A DNA stretch of 64,000 nucleotides from Psammoneis japonica (Eukaryota), in the NCBI GenBank assembly GCA_008632985.1, contig QPGO01000239.1, forward strand, positions 1 through 64,000, read 5' to 3'. Both the position numbers and the translations under genes were made by a program. Below are positions 1 to 13,077 of the stretch, piece after piece. The notes under the pieces were generated by a model. That model was given only the letters and a program-made list of their open reading frames with translations. It did no database searches and had not been told where the DNA came from. Position 1 is the first letter of the stretch; the number at the start of each line of letters is the position of its first letter.

Positions 1-12
1 GGGGCAACTCAC

Positions 13-546
13 ATGATGAAAGCAACAACAAAAAGGTTTGCAACAGCAGGGCACCCCTTTTGCAAATGCGCCAAGCCCACAAGATGGAAGTTCAAGTGGA
101 TGATGGACCTGGGAATTCAATGTGTCAACAAAGGCATTGGCGTGGATTGGATGGACACAAATGACCAAACCAAAAAGCCAAAATGGATCCAACAGAGGGT
201 GCACATGCCTTGCAGCTGTGGAGAATGCTTTTTCTGCAAACACGGCCTCACCTGTGGAAAGACCCATTGACCAAAGAAAGGGAGGAAGAGGCCTGTGTGG
301 GAGGAAGACCTTGTGCACAACAAGAAATCAACAAAGATGTTCAACCACAGCACAGATTGCCATGATTTTCATCAGGAAAAACAGATTGAACATGCCAGAT
401 GTGCAAGTTGTGCCACCTTGAGAAAAGGATGCCGCACATCTTTGCATGGCTGCAGGAAATGTGGCGAAGCAATTTGCAAAGCGTGTTGGCCAGATTGTGA
501 TCACCTGGGGCACATCAGGAACAGGTGGGCATTGCACAACATTTAG
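13..546 (+). mobile_element. Degenerate Cys-rich C-terminal fragment, possibly of a piggyBac-like transposase
   Basis: Consecutive frames give CSCGECFFC and CASC...GCRKCGEAICKACWPD, a CxxC...CxxC...CxxC pattern like a transposase cysteine-rich tail. No catalytic core or TIR is visible, and some Cys may be mutated Tyr. Confidence 0.3.
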
Positions 547-1034
547 CGAGCAACAAACATTGGTGCAATGGGCAACAACATGGCTTCCTTTGATGACAAA
601 ACAATGGCTTGCCTGCATTTGTCTCTTTGCCCCCCAGCCAATGACATGCAATCATCAGCGTTGGTGACAATCTCAATGAATTCTTGCACAAGAAACAAAC
701 AGTTGTCAGTGCACTGTGCGAGCCATGAATGACATGCGCCAGCAGCAAGTGATTGTTTGACCCACATGTCACACCGGCCAGACTCTTGCACATTTTGGGA
801 CACACCCTGGAGTTGATGCCGGGATTGGCCAATTTGCCCATGGAGGAAATGTGGGTGGGATTGCAACCCACCACACCTGGCAAGGGACCCATTTTGGGAA
901 AGTCACCATGGGAAAATCTCTGTTTGGCAGGCGGATGTTGGAGAAATGGAGTTTTGTTGGCACCCAAAAATGGGACAACTCTTGGCAGTGCTCTTGGCCA
1001 ATTTGGAATTGAAGCATGACAATGTGGACTTGTT

Positions 1035-2357
1035 GGATGCCTTCTCCTGGGATTGCTTCACTTCGGCCGAGGGTGGCAAAGCGTTGGCTGCCAGTGCTCA
1101 GTGCGCCGCATCCATGCATCCCACTCATCAACACGCCACGGGTGTCAGAGTGTCAGCATGTCGGCATTGGTTGGGACCAAATTGGGTGTCTGTTCTGATG
1201 CCACGTTGGCAGCACAAGAACGAGAACAAGATTGAAAGGCGCTGTGGGGTGCGGATGGAACTGAGGATGATGCTTTTGAACGTGCATCATGGTGCTGTGG
1301 TTGTGCGTTGGTCCCACCACAACTGTCAGAGCATCAACAGTCATTGTCAAAATGACCAATTGTTTTGGAAATGACAGGCATGCTCATTGTCTTTTACAGC
1401 GTGGTGCTGAGGTAAAACATGTTCTTTCGCATTCGAGAATGCAGATGATTTTTTGAACATCAAGGGTCGTCAGACGATGTTGCGGGATGAGTTTTTTTTT
1501 TACATTTGTTTTTCGTACATTCACTTTGTTGTCTGCATTGTCACTTGACAAACTGCAACACTTTCAATGCAGTCTAGCTTCACCTCTCTTTCTCCAGCAA
1601 AGCTGGAGTTTTTGGTGAACCTCAAATGCACACTTCGCGCGCATTTGGAACCCACGCCATGACTCAATGCATTTTTCATTCTTTTTTGTTGCAAGTCTTG
1701 GATCCTCTGGAACTTTCAACAGCCAGTGACGTCTGCTGTGCTCACAACTGTTGAAACCTCCGATTTTGATTTTTTTGGCTCAAAAAACAGCCTGCGGCAC
1801 TGATGGGCAAAAGCAAAAGCTCACATCATCAAGCTTTGCATGCTGGGCAACTCTTTTAATGAGATTGCTGTTGCACCAAGGGCCACTTGTACATTGGATG
1901 ACCCCGAAAACAGGATGCCTTCTCCTGGGATCACTTCACTTTTGCCAAGGGTGGCAAAGCATTGGCTGCCAGTGCCCAGTGCGCTGCATCCATGCATCCC
2001 ATTCATCAATGCACCACGGGTGTCGGCGTGGCAGCGTTGGTTGGGACCGGATTGGGTGTCCACTCCGATGCCACGTCGGCGGTGCAAGAATGAGAACAAG
2101 ATTGAAAGGCACTGTGGGATGCAGATGGAGCTGAGGATGATGCTTTCGAATGTGCGTGGTGCTGTGGTTGTGCATTGGTCCCACCACAGCTGTTAGAGCA
2201 TCAACAGTCATTGTCAAAATGACCAATCATTTTGGAAATGACAGGCGTGCTCATTGTCTTTTACAGTGCAGTGCTGAGGCAAAACATGTTCTTTCACATT
2301 CGACAATGTAGATGATTTTTTGAACATCAAGGGTTGTCAGATGACGTTTTGGGATGA
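1035..2357 (+). repeat. Direct duplication of ~450 bp (about 1035-1489 and 1913-2357)
   Basis: Both copies run from GGATGCCTTCTCCTGGGAT to TTTTTTGAACATCAAGGGT..GGGATGA; differences are mainly transitions. Confidence 0.9.
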
Positions 2358-4924
2358 TCAAGTGTCATTGTCCAATGCTGGCACACTGGTCGTCAAGGAG
2401 GGTCAGGGAACATCAGCGACCTTTTGTGATCTTGGATGCAACAATGATCAAATGGTGTGCCTGTGAAAACAGCCATGAGTGCTGGAACCATTCTGTTGAG
2501 GATGTGAAACAAAGAGGGAGTGCACTGTGCTCAAAGAACGAGTGCAAACAAAAGTGGAATCAAGCATGAAAAGTGAAAATCATGAGATTTATTTCTGCTC
2601 AATCATTTTGGGTTTCTCTGAATGGGTTCTCAATGGCCTAAAGCATTTGCACTGTTCCTGCAGACAAGAGGCCTTTCGGAGAATAAGATCATGACAACAG
2701 ATTGTCCGGGTGCGATTGACATTGACACACAAGATGTCAACATCATCGTATGATTGCATTTGTGATTTTCGGCATCCGATCAATTCTGTGTGATTGATCT
2801 GTCCTTCGTGCGAACCCATGATTGACGTGCGATTGAAGCACAAACTCATTTGATGTGTGGATGTGCGAACATGTGATGCCAATGTACATGACAACGCATG
2901 TTGCAGGAGTGTTCTCCCCACTCATGAATGATGATGATTCATGTTGGCAAACAGCCCCACAGCACCAACTTTTGGCTTGTTGTTTCCAGCGTTGGCTGCT
3001 GCCACAGAGAGAAAAGAGAGTTGAATGAGGAGAGACAAAGAAACATGGGAGTTCCTTCTGTGATTGAAACCTTGCAAGCATGAGCCTTCATCATGGTGCT
3101 GTCACGGCATTTGCATGATGCGCACATCACAGTGCCGAGGCACAAATGACATGCGCCAGCAAGTGCTGCCGAGGTGTGAAATGAAATGCAGTGAACAAAG
3201 AGACAAAAACACAAACTCACTTTTGAAAAAACAACAAATCTTGCGCTTTTGCCCCCCATCCACAATTTAAATCCATCAGCGACAAACACAAAAACTGTTT
3301 CCAAATGTTCTTTCTAAAAGCAAGAGCAATTTCTTAAAATTGGTGTGCATCCTTGCCATTCCTGCAGCAGTCTAGTGTCAGCATTGACACCTGAGTGCAA
3401 GCAAAAAGCACTGCTGTGACAGTCCACTGCCTTGCCATCAATGGTGCTCGCTGTTGATTCTGTGCAACAAATGGCATGAAATGTGTTGAGCAACAAATGA
3501 CAATGCAAGAGACAACAATGTGACTTGCTTTAATGCCAAAACATGTCCCGCCCCCCTTCCACAGTTCAAACCACAATGCACAATTCACAGCTGCAATGTC
3601 TCAAACAGTGGCGACAACAGTGTCCTTGTGAATGCAGTCAAATTGCAGCAGCAGAAGAAGCAGCAATTGCAGTGAGCACATGAATGGAATCCAAAATGCA
3701 ATCAAACAATGACTGGCATCATGAACCATGGTGGCTCTGTCACAATGGCCAACGCAACAACATTGTCACAGCTGTTGGCATTGCCGCCGATGTGGTGTGT
3801 GGTGGGTTGTTGTGAAAAAACATGTGCGTCCACACGCCATGCAAAACAATCCATTCCAATCTGTTCTGGCAAACAAAGAGTTAACAGCAGAGCTGAACAC
3901 AGCACAGGAAGCTTCCAAGTCAGCCCTGCTGCCTTTTCAGCTGCAAATGCTTGACCTCGGGGATCTTTTCGCCGACGCAGAGCTGACGGAGTTTGCAATC
4001 GTGACTGCAGCTGCAGAACTGGCCATCAGAGAGAACATGATGCTCATTGATGATTTGACCATTGAGGCACCCAACATGCCATTCAAGGTTCAAAACGCAG
4101 TTGTGAGCCAAGTTTTGGGAAGTGATGGCAGCGATGGAAGCGCGCTCTCTCAACACAAGTCGGCGAAACACAGGCAGCGTCCATCAATGAGCTGGAAGCT
4201 GTTTCATGCACCATGTCAAATTCTCCAACACTTGCCTAAGTCCCATGCTTGGATGCTGAGCCAAGAGGTGCATTTGGGCTGGAAGCATTGGCAGACATGC
4301 TCACAGATGAAGAGTGGGCTGGAGCGGCCAATCTCACTTCAAACGAAACCAGGCAGATGCTGCTCTCCTTGCTCACAGGCATGTTGGCCCAAGGATTGTT
4401 TTCCATTGACACAGACAATGCACTGCCAGTGGAAGCTGCAGTAGGACTTGCCGTGGTTTCATTTGCAAAAGGTGCATCATTTGACACGAACCGCCAGTCA
4501 CTTGCACTTGCTCCAAAACACCAGGCGCAGATCATTTGACCCATGGGAGACAACAGAAATCTCCAGGAACTCCTCGAGATAAGCTGAGGCCTCTAATGGC
4601 AGCATCGTGGGAAAAGTTGTTGCAATTTCAGCAGAATCGTGAGAACAAGCGACAACTTCTGTGCCATCAAAACAATTTTGCTAACGTGGGCGCTTTCGAG
4701 CTCCTGCGACATTTTGCTCTCCCCGGAGGTTGTACTCCTAACGGCGCGTCAATTCAAATTGAAGCGCTTGTTGTTGGTGGTCTGTTCTGTTGTTCTCGGT
4801 TCTCGGTTTCGCTCTTCCTTTCCACAGCAACCCTTTTTCGAAACATAGTAAATCCAGTCAGCTGCATGACGAAGAAGGAAGGAATCAACTAAAAGTAACT
4901 TGATGATTTATCGCCCTCGTTACA

Positions 4925-6271
4925 ATGTCAGACGCGAGAACCGAGGAGGACGCGTGGGCAGCGGCCGCCGCGGCCGCCGACAATGGTAGAGGCATTCAAC
5001 TTCGATTTGTTAATTTGAACAGCGACACCGAGATGAAACAAGTGTGTGACGCCTTGGGTGTCGAAGGAATAGGTCCAGTTTCCCGTTTGCGGGCCTACAT
5101 TGATCGTCTCAAGACGGAGCATCATCAGCAGAACAAGCGGTCGTTGTTACCACAAATCTCCGCCGAAGGCGCCGCCGCTATTGAACAGATGGCAATTGAG
5201 TACGTATCAAGAAAGAGAACGATTGTACTATCTGGAGCATCGAGTTCTGCGAAGAATGACCTAATGGATATGTTGAAGTTGCCTGAGAAAGGGTCTATTT
5301 GGCAAAATAGGTCTAATGCTATTATGCAAGACGCGGACATGTTTTCGTGGTTTCGAAGCAACGAAGATTCGGACGAGAATCGCCAGGCATATATGGCTCA
5401 TCTGAAGGTCCAGCTACAACTACCAGAGGGCTACACGTTGGCAGATGTGCAGCCGAATCGATTTTTGCTGTCGGTAGAATTCCTTGGAGAAACCAACGAC
5501 GGTCGAAAGATAAACGGAACTACGGATGTTGTCATAGCAAGATCGGAACACGTTTATAGTGGCGCAGTTCGAAACAATATTGAGGCAGTGTTTGAATTGA
5601 AGAAGCCCGAGAACTTGAAAGAAAAGGACCACTCCCCGCAAGCGGTTGGTGAACACTTTGCTGCGTCGTACTTGAATCCTGATTATCCGGTCGTTACCGT
5701 TTTGACAGATTTACAGAGCTCATGGACTTTCTTTTGGTTCGCACAAGCAAACAACTCCGGAGATACAGCGCTCTACAGGATTCGTCTCGAGGACGCAAAC
5801 GCAGCAGCAGAAGCAAAATATATACTGCGTAGCATTTTCGTTCAAGTGTCTGGGAGCACACTCCCTGCAACCTTTGCGAATCGAATTTCGTTCCAAGCTG
5901 TTTTGGATAATATGAACCGTAAAAAGAGAGCACGGCAGGAAAGCGGTCTCAGCGACAGATTCTCAAAGGGCCAGGGAGATTCGGGGTCCTCTGGTGGGGC
6001 TAATGATTCCACTCCAGCAACTGGACCAAACAGCCATACCTCTTCGTGGGGTGGGAGTGCAACACAACCGAAAAATCATGGCATGGGTAGTGGAATCGCT
6101 GGCGACAAGGCTCCAGCGAGCATGGCTGACCAGTTGAGTCTCTTTGCGCCTCCTGCACAAAGAGATGTAGCGAATGAGCTGGATCTGCTGGATATGGTGG
6201 ACGAAGCCGAACAGTATGAAATCGTCCGTTCCTTTGCTTTGAAATATATTGTGCCCTACATGAGAGGCTAA
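4925..6271 (+). CDS. Crinkler (CRN)-like protein with PD-(D/E)xK restriction-endonuclease fold
   Basis: 448-aa intronless ORF with normal composition; motifs GTTDVVI...VFELKK...QAVGEHFAAS...VVTVLTDL...WTFFWF resemble CRN C-terminal REase domains. Confidence 0.65.
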   Translation: MSDARTEEDAWAAAAAAADNGRGIQLRFVNLNSDTEMKQVCDALGVEGIGPVSRLRAYIDRLKTEHHQQNKRSLLPQISAEGAAAIEQMAIEYVSRKRTIVLSGASSSAKNDLMDMLKLPEKGSIWQNRSNAIMQDADMFSWFRSNEDSDENRQAYMAHLKVQLQLPEGYTLADVQPNRFLLSVEFLGETNDGRKINGTTDVVIARSEHVYSGAVRNNIEAVFELKKPENLKEKDHSPQAVGEHFAASYLNPDYPVVTVLTDLQSSWTFFWFAQANNSGDTALYRIRLEDANAAAEAKYILRSIFVQVSGSTLPATFANRISFQAVLDNMNRKKRARQESGLSDRFSKGQGDSGSSGGANDSTPATGPNSHTSSWGGSATQPKNHGMGSGIAGDKAPASMADQLSLFAPPAQRDVANELDLLDMVDEAEQYEIVRSFALKYIVPYMRG

Positions 6272-6699
6272 TCTACAAATTTTGAAACATCGTTGTCTTT
6301 CTGTTATACTTTCTTCTCCGTACCTTATCATTGATACTGGTACAGAAGTTCTTCATTCAATCTGTGATTTTCATTGCGTTGGGCCTCCATCCTTGCGGAC
6401 GGTAGTTCCGTTTCTCATCAGTCATTGCCGATGAGGAGAAAAAAACCGTTTGTTCTTGTCCACCGATACATCTTTCATTGCCATACGTATACGGTGTGTC
6501 TCTAGAAAAGCAGCTGGCGCCGCTGACTACACGCTTTACATACCCCCAATCCCTTCGTCGATGATGTCGAATGTGTCAAAATGTGTTCTTGAGTCATCAA
6601 AATCTTCTGGCTTCTTGGCAGTGCGCGATGAACGGAAAATAGTCGGATCTCGACAATGACACAGCAGGGCCTAGCCCTATAAGGGAGTGCCACATTTGG

Positions 6700-9600
6700 G
6701 ACCTTCCCTTCTTGACGTCATGACCTCCTGGAGAGAGCTCGAGCCTGGAGCACCCAACCTCTTAAGATCGAAGTCTTCAGACCTCAACTGAAGTCAGCAA
6801 ATGTTCAGCAAACCTGCGTCAAGCTGGATGTCAAATGACCTCACTCTTTTAGGATTGACCTGTGTAACCTCCGTTTCAACCATGATCACCTGCTGTCCCC
6901 TGTGACATGTGGATCTAGACCATCTCTCAATTCCATGGCATTTTTGGTGTGCAAGGATTCAAAATGACCCACACGCAATCCTGCCTTTCTGAGCAGCTCG
7001 CAAAATGAGCAACCATGGCTCCACAATTGATGCCACATCAGCAGAGAGAAAGAGTCAAGAAGCCCTCAAAGCATTCAAAAATGGATGGACACAAGAAGTT
7101 GAAATTAGATCCAACTCTGTTGTCATTTGTGAAGAAATGGAGTTCAACAACTTGCACATTGATCCAGTGCTTCCCAAAGGCTTGTCTGGCTGCATCATCA
7201 TCAATCAGCCATTGGTCCTGCCAAGCCAACGTGTGCCTGAAAAAGTCCGCTTTCCACATGTCACAATGGTCACCATCAAACTCACATGAAATGGTGCTGT
7301 TGTTGCTTCCACTTCCTGATTTGCTCTTCCAGCTGACACCACACAGCAGTTGTCACCTTGGCAATTGCAGAAGCCATTGGGCATGTGGCATTGCCAGGAT
7401 TCTTGTGCTTTTGTTTTGCTGCTGATGCTGCTGTTTCTCACCAAGACATCCATGACAACACTTTTGATTTCAATGCACCTGTCAACAAAGTGAAAACTTT
7501 CTTTCCAAAATCATTCCCTCGTCAAGGCTGCTTTGAAATGTTGAGAAGCAATTGTGTGTGATGTCTTCCAAGTTGCTTCTCTTGGTTGCATTCTTGATTC
7601 CAAGTTTCCTTTTGTTGAAAGAAACCAATGTGTTTTGTTGCGAAAGCCATCAAAACATTGATGGTGTTGCACATGTCAAGCTTCGACAATGATTTTGAAG
7701 CCCAGCTTCATGTGTGCAAACTTGATGCGGTCAACTGGTTGGACAAACTCTGTTGAGCTTCTGTTTGCAAGAAGGGTGAAATGGACCACACTAGATAAGG
7801 CTGTGCAGCATGGAAACAGTGCCAACATGGATGCTTGTGCACACTGCATGCGTGTTGTGGGTTCCAGCTTCTAAAAGCTGACGGAATGGAAGGATCATGT
7901 TCTGTCCCTCCTTGCATCATGCTTCAGTTTCCTCCTCAATGAGGCCATCTGCAGCTTTGTGCCTCTTTCCTTCTTTTTGCATGAGGTGGGCTGGGACCAT
8001 GGGCAGGGTGGTGTGCTGTTTGTGTCCTGCTGGCAGGGGAGAAGCTGGTGCAGTGCAAAGTTGCCAAGAGGACTGACTTCAAACCTGTTGTTGCTTGTCG
8101 ACATTGAAACCACTTTTGTGGCTTGGGTGGTTCCAGAAGAGGCCAACTCTTTGTCTGACTGCATTCATTCTTGCTGTGGTTTGCAACAGGACAGGGACAA
8201 CAATGCCACCAATGTTTTGTTTGCACTGTCGTTGTTTTTTTTTGGCGCTGGGTGGAGCATTTTGGGTTTCCTTGTGCACTGTTGTTGCTGTTCATTTTCT
8301 GATGACAATCACACAAAATGTCAAATCACATTTTTGTGAGCATTTGATTCTTTGTTGTTGTCATCATTGTCATGATCATCTGCATGCATTTCATGTCCAG
8401 GTGGATTGGAAGAGGATGGGAGCACAGTGTTTGAAGACAGCACAGAGAGAGAGCTTGGAACATGGGTTGGACCAGGAGCTGAGGGCAGTGGATTGGCTCA
8501 GGGGGAGGTGGAAGAGTTGTTCACTGGTGAGTGGGATGCCATGCTTGGCACAACAGACAGAGTGGGTGAGGGAAGTGACAAGAGATGGAATGGTGGAAGT
8601 TGAGATGTCATGGCATCCAACACCACCAAGGGAGACTGGGAGGATGGTGCAGTTGTTTTGGTGAGGTGTGAAAGGAATTGAAGTGAATGGCCAACAATGG
8701 CGTCTGTGAAGGGAGAAGCCCATTCAAAGGGGTGCGGGCAGTTGGTGTCATGCACAAGGTTGCAGCAAATGTCTGCTGCTGCAAGGAGGTGTGTGATGGA
8801 TGGGATTGCGCATTGGTGAAATGAGGTGCTCTGAGTTTGTTTGTTGGTGAGTTGGGTTGCAAGGCAGCGGAGTTGCGCTTGGTGAAGGTTTTGGCTTTGT
8901 TCATCAGGAAGTTTGAAGCAAAGTCAGCAGAGCCAATTGGTTGGCTGAGAAAACGGATGCTGGTGGTGATCTTGGGTTGTGTGGCAGAGTTGTTGGTTGG
9001 GTTGAGGAAAGACAGGGCTTGGCAAAGGGCACTGGCATCAGCAGGAGAGAGTTCGTCAATTGGGGATTTGCAACTGATGGACATTAGGATCTTGGTCTTG
9101 GATTTGTTGAGTTTGACACTGCACCAGGGTTCAAGGTCAGAGGTGCATTGTGGGAACCATGGAACAGCAGAAAAAGGAAGGAAGGCATGAGTGTCATCAA
9201 TGCAAGAGGAGGTGGCTGACTTAGAGCAGGCTGTGAGGCATTGATGAAGCTCATCGTTGACAGGTTTGAAGATGCGGGCAAGGACAAGACATGAAAGGGC
9301 TGGGCTCAAGGGGCAGCCTTGGGTGAAACCTTCATGTTGGAGGAAGGAGGACCAGTTGAAAGGGGTGATCTTGATGCCAGCAAACATTGGGATTTTGGCA
9401 TGGGATGTCAAAGAGGGGGAGGATGGGCTTGTGGTCATTGGAGGAGACTGGAGCATCATCTCGACAGGTGTCTCTGGAGCATTTGTTGAAGCAGTTGGTG
9501 AGATTGAGCAGTGCCAGAGCCCTGGTGGGGGTGGTGTTGGGGTTGAAGAAGCACTCAATCTTGACACAGGTGGTGTCGGTGAGGCAGTTGAGACCACACT

Positions 9601-11240
9601 TGACACCGACACCAAATTGATTGGAGAGGAGGAGGGCAGCTGCAAATTTGGAAGCTGGAAGGAACATGACCAGGGTTCCAAGGATTCTGTGGAGGGCAGC
9701 ACCCACACCAATGGGATGAAGTTTAGACAGGTTTGCTTGGTCTTTGTGCAGTGCAAGAAAACAGTTGGATGCAAAGGCTGGCTTGATCACAGGTGGAATG
9801 TCAGTGGCAAGGATGAGGTCGAGAAGGTGTTTGAAGGTGAGAAGACAAGGACAGGAGGTGGCTGTTGGCATGGATCAATGGTGGAGAGTGCAGGCTTTAA
9901 AGAGGTCAGTGGAGTTGGTGAAAGGGCCTGATGCTTTGCTGGATTGGCATTTGGCAAGGGCTTTGCGAAGGTCTTCAGTGTTGAAATCAGGGGTGCGGGA
10001 GCAGAGGTTTGTCTGGTGGAGGGTCTTGTTGAGAGTGGTGGGTGTTTGCATGGTGAGTAAAATTTAGACACAAGTGCCACGCGTTCTGGGGTGAGAGATG
10101 CAATGGGGAGGGAAGAGGTGGCATGGATGCAAGCTGCAGAAAGGTTGTTTGCATTGGCAGCAATCTGAGCTGATTGCGTGCAGGATGAGTCATCAAAGTC
10201 GGGGGGCTCATCAGAGATGGGTGGGGTGGGCACTGCATGGGAGGAGTCATGGAGAGAGCAGATGGAACCATTGCAAAAGAGGAAGATGTGCTGGGTGACA
10301 ATGGCAGAGATTAGAGTTTTGGAGTCTTGAGGACATGGGAAAAGGGCTGAGGATTCGAAGAGGAAAAGGAGTTTGAAGAAAGAGGTGGAGGAAGTTTGCC
10401 AGGATGGGAGTGGCTTGTCAGGATGTTTGCAGGCTTGTGATGCATTGAGTGTCCATTGGACCAGATGGCGAAGAGTTGGGGTGACTTGCAAGCAGGCTGA
10501 GGGTGGTTGGAGAGACGATTCCCACCCGGGTGGGTCTTGGCACGGGCAGGATGCACTGACAATTTGTGCGTTGGTGGTGGAGCGTGACTGGTGATGGCTG
10601 TTGCAGATGTGAGTGTGCAAACAGGTGTTGCAGTGGTCAATTTTAGCAGTTCATTGACAATGATGGCATGGGCGTAGATTGTGGGCATCAAAGAAGGTGT
10701 GTGTGTGTTCCTCATGCTGCAGTTTTTATGTGCTGAAGACAAGCATGCACACAGAAGTTTTGGGACTTGATTGGGAGGTGCAGTGGATGGAAGGCAAAAA
10801 GAACAGCCCTTGAAAGGGCATGACCAGTTGGCAACCCCTGACGGGGTGTGGGTGCCAATGGGTTCCATTGCTGGATGGTTGGGCACCAGGAGTGTGGGCA
10901 GTGTGGAAAAGTTTAGATCCCAGCCAGCATTGCAAACTTCATGCCACACTTGCATTGCATCACATGTGGTCAATGCAAGCACAACAAATTTCATGAGAAG
11001 ACAGCAGATTGCCAACAATGGGGAGAAATGTGAAGTCTCGGATGGCTGGTGGCAGCTCTGCAAAGGCAGTGGCTCCTCCTGCCGCTGTCGACTGTGGGCC
11101 GTGAAAGATCCTCTCCCCTCCACCCACCCCCCAGTGTTGCTATGGGTCTTGCATGCCAGAGCATTGAACAAGGCAATTGAATTTGATTGACACATTCAAA
11201 CATGTTGAGAACTGAACATGGAACACATCCAACAACAAAA
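6700..11240. other. Hypermutated block B
   Basis: About 20 TpA in ~4.5 kb by eye, roughly 14 of them in YTAR context and none seen in RTAY; CpG also rare. Confidence 0.9.
8400..10930 (-). mobile_element. Degenerate non-LTR retrotransposon, CRE-like reverse transcriptase
   Basis: Frameshifted RT motifs: KLHPIGVGAALHR (LRPIxVG..LRR), NQFGVG, LNLTNCFN (DxxNAFN), GFTQGCPLSP, SCIDDT (YxDD), VKLNKSKT, IRFLSQPIGS. Confidence 0.85.
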
Positions 11241-11398
11241 GCGCTCGTAAGAAAACGAGAAAGAGAAAAAGATGGCCCCTTCTCAGTCGTGCGTGTGAGT
11301 CGTGTGCGAGCGGCGGCGCTCATGACACGCTCATGTCACGCAAGACGTCGTCGTCTCGTGTCAACATCATAACTGAAGATACGCCTTTCATTTCGACT

Positions 11399-11863
11399 AT
11401 GGTGAACAAGAGAGATCCCATCTTTGCAGTTGCTGCAGGCTATAACTTCATCGCAGCATTTCCTAACCTGGTCCAATCTCTTTTGGGCATAATGAAGGAA
11501 GACGACCCCTTTGTTGTTTGGTTGATTGGCCCCGAAAATGCCACAACTTTGTCCACCAGCGCCCTGGCGCAAGGCTACTCGGAAATGTTCCTTATGGTGG
11601 TCGTGCTCTTTGCCTACTCCTACTGGCGAGTCTATATTGATAGTGCGGCGCGTCAGCCACTTTTAGTGGCCTTGGGTGCAGTGGCAAAACTTCTCGCCGT
11701 ATGCTTGGTGATAAGAATGTATCTCCGCGGCGGCGCCCAAGTTGGTCTTGTTCTTCTTTCAATCCCAGACTTACTCCTTGCCCTTTACTTTCTTCGAGTG
11801 TGGAGTGACCTTAACTTTGCGGTAGTAGCCGCAGCTCCATCGGCAGGTGAAAAAGCTAAGTGA
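11399..11863 (+). CDS. Small multi-pass membrane protein, unknown function
   Basis: ORF with about four hydrophobic segments and normal codon composition; ATG 11399 preferred, 11333 possible. Confidence 0.7.
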   Translation: MVNKRDPIFAVAAGYNFIAAFPNLVQSLLGIMKEDDPFVVWLIGPENATTLSTSALAQGYSEMFLMVVVLFAYSYWRVYIDSAARQPLLVALGAVAKLLAVCLVIRMYLRGGAQVGLVLLSIPDLLLALYFLRVWSDLNFAVVAAAPSAGEKAK

Positions 11864-12282
11864 GGTCGTTGGCCGTATCAGCAAAAACTTGCTGTGGGTA
11901 ATATTTTCTGGAGTCAAGTGAAAATCTGTCGCGATGAACTGCATCTACATTTGCTTATGACTGCACAATATATTACAAGCTCCATAATGGCTATACAACT
12001 GTCTGACTCGCGTTGTTGTCTCCGTTTCTCGAAGCGAGGACATAATATACAGATGCTTCCATCAATGCACGGTACTATTGAATTTACAACGAAACAACTG
12101 TAGATACAAAATGATCTTATGTGCACAACTGGTGTACGAGTGAACGGCTGCATTGGCTTGGTCCAAGGAACCTTGGTCGGTCCTTTGCGTTTGCGTAGCT
12201 GTTTGTATTATGTAAATGTAGAACTTTAACTCGGAAACATTGCGGGTACCTTCTAGCTACTGCTTTTGACACACAGCTAATG

Positions 12283-13077
12283 CTATCTCTCTTCCCCACC
12301 ATCTTTGATTAAGTCTGGTTTTGCTTGTATAAAATAGTACAGCAAGTGCGGTTCTTTTGATATCTTCGCCAAGACGTTTGCCCAAAGCGAATCGGGAAAG
12401 GCACCATTGTCTTGCAGAAGCAAATGTCGTCCAGCCTTGTTGAGACGGCGGTAATAATTGACTTGCGCCCTTGCCACACGATTGTTTCCACCAAAGTCAA
12501 GCTCCTCCAAGACATAATTATGGTGCTGCAACACGTCCAAGAGCCGAGCACGTGCCTCGTCATTCATTTTGGTCAAATGCAAATGCAGCTTCTTGAGACC
12601 CCGATTGGAAATGAGCATGTTGGCCAGAGCGGCTGCTCCCTTGTTTCCAATTTCATTCTTAGACAAGTACAGTATCTCAAGTGTGTTGTTGGTACATAGA
12701 GAAGCAGCGAGATGAATCGCTCCTTCATCAGTGAAAGAGTTCCCCATGAGAAACAGCGCCTTAAGCGTTTTGTTGTTCTGCAAAAATTCGCCAATGAGAC
12801 GTGCCCCCTCATCTCCAATGTGATTCTCACCCAAGTGAAGCGATTCAACTAACTTGTTGTTTTTTAGAGCATCCAACAAAATCGCCACGTCATTGGGATC
12901 TATTCTATTTCCACGTAAATGAACCGTCTTGACGGACGGGTGGTGTCCAAGGCCGGCGGCAATTGACTTCATGTCGACGGACCCATGCCACGACAGAAAC
13001 AACTCCTTCAGGTTTGGATCATTGTTATTGAGGCGTTCGAGCTGCTTGGAAAAGCGATCTGGACACGACGAAAACAT
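12283..13077 (-). CDS. RNI-like leucine-rich repeat protein (NLRC3-like repeats)
   Basis: 28-aa repeats LxxLxLxxNxIGDEGAxxLAxxL, with N-terminal NNDPNLKEL and C-terminal LNKAGR...W...LLYYF typical of diatom LRR proteins. Confidence 0.9.
   Translation of the reverse strand: MFSSCPDRFSKQLERLNNNDPNLKELFLSWHGSVDMKSIAAGLGHHPSVKTVHLRGNRIDPNDVAILLDALKNNKLVESLHLGENHIGDEGARLIGEFLQNNKTLKALFLMGNSFTDEGAIHLAASLCTNNTLEILYLSKNEIGNKGAAALANMLISNRGLKKLHLHLTKMNDEARARLLDVLQHHNYVLEELDFGGNNRVARAQVNYYRRLNKAGRHLLLQDNGAFPDSLWANVLAKISKEPHLLYYFIQAKPDLIKDGGEER

Larger units (their letters stand above)
1..4540. other. Hypermutated block A (TpA- and CpG-depleted degenerate repeat DNA)
   Basis: Very few TA dinucleotides and a strong excess of TG/CA; dense overlapping Cys/His/Gln/Trp-rich ORFs that almost lack Tyr; boundary approximate. 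Confidence 0.85.

Noticed and set aside
3700..4540. Protein-like fragments (DLFADAELTEFAIV...; LEALADMLTDEEWAG...)
   Set aside because: Probably a decayed gene, but frameshifted and not assignable to a family.
9257..9931. 224-aa plus-strand ORF
   Set aside because: Antisense to the degenerate RT; open only because stop codons are depleted.
6700..11240. Classical fungal RIP as the explanation
   Set aside because: RIP converts CpA to TpA and raises AT content; here TpA is lost and CpA/TpG gained.
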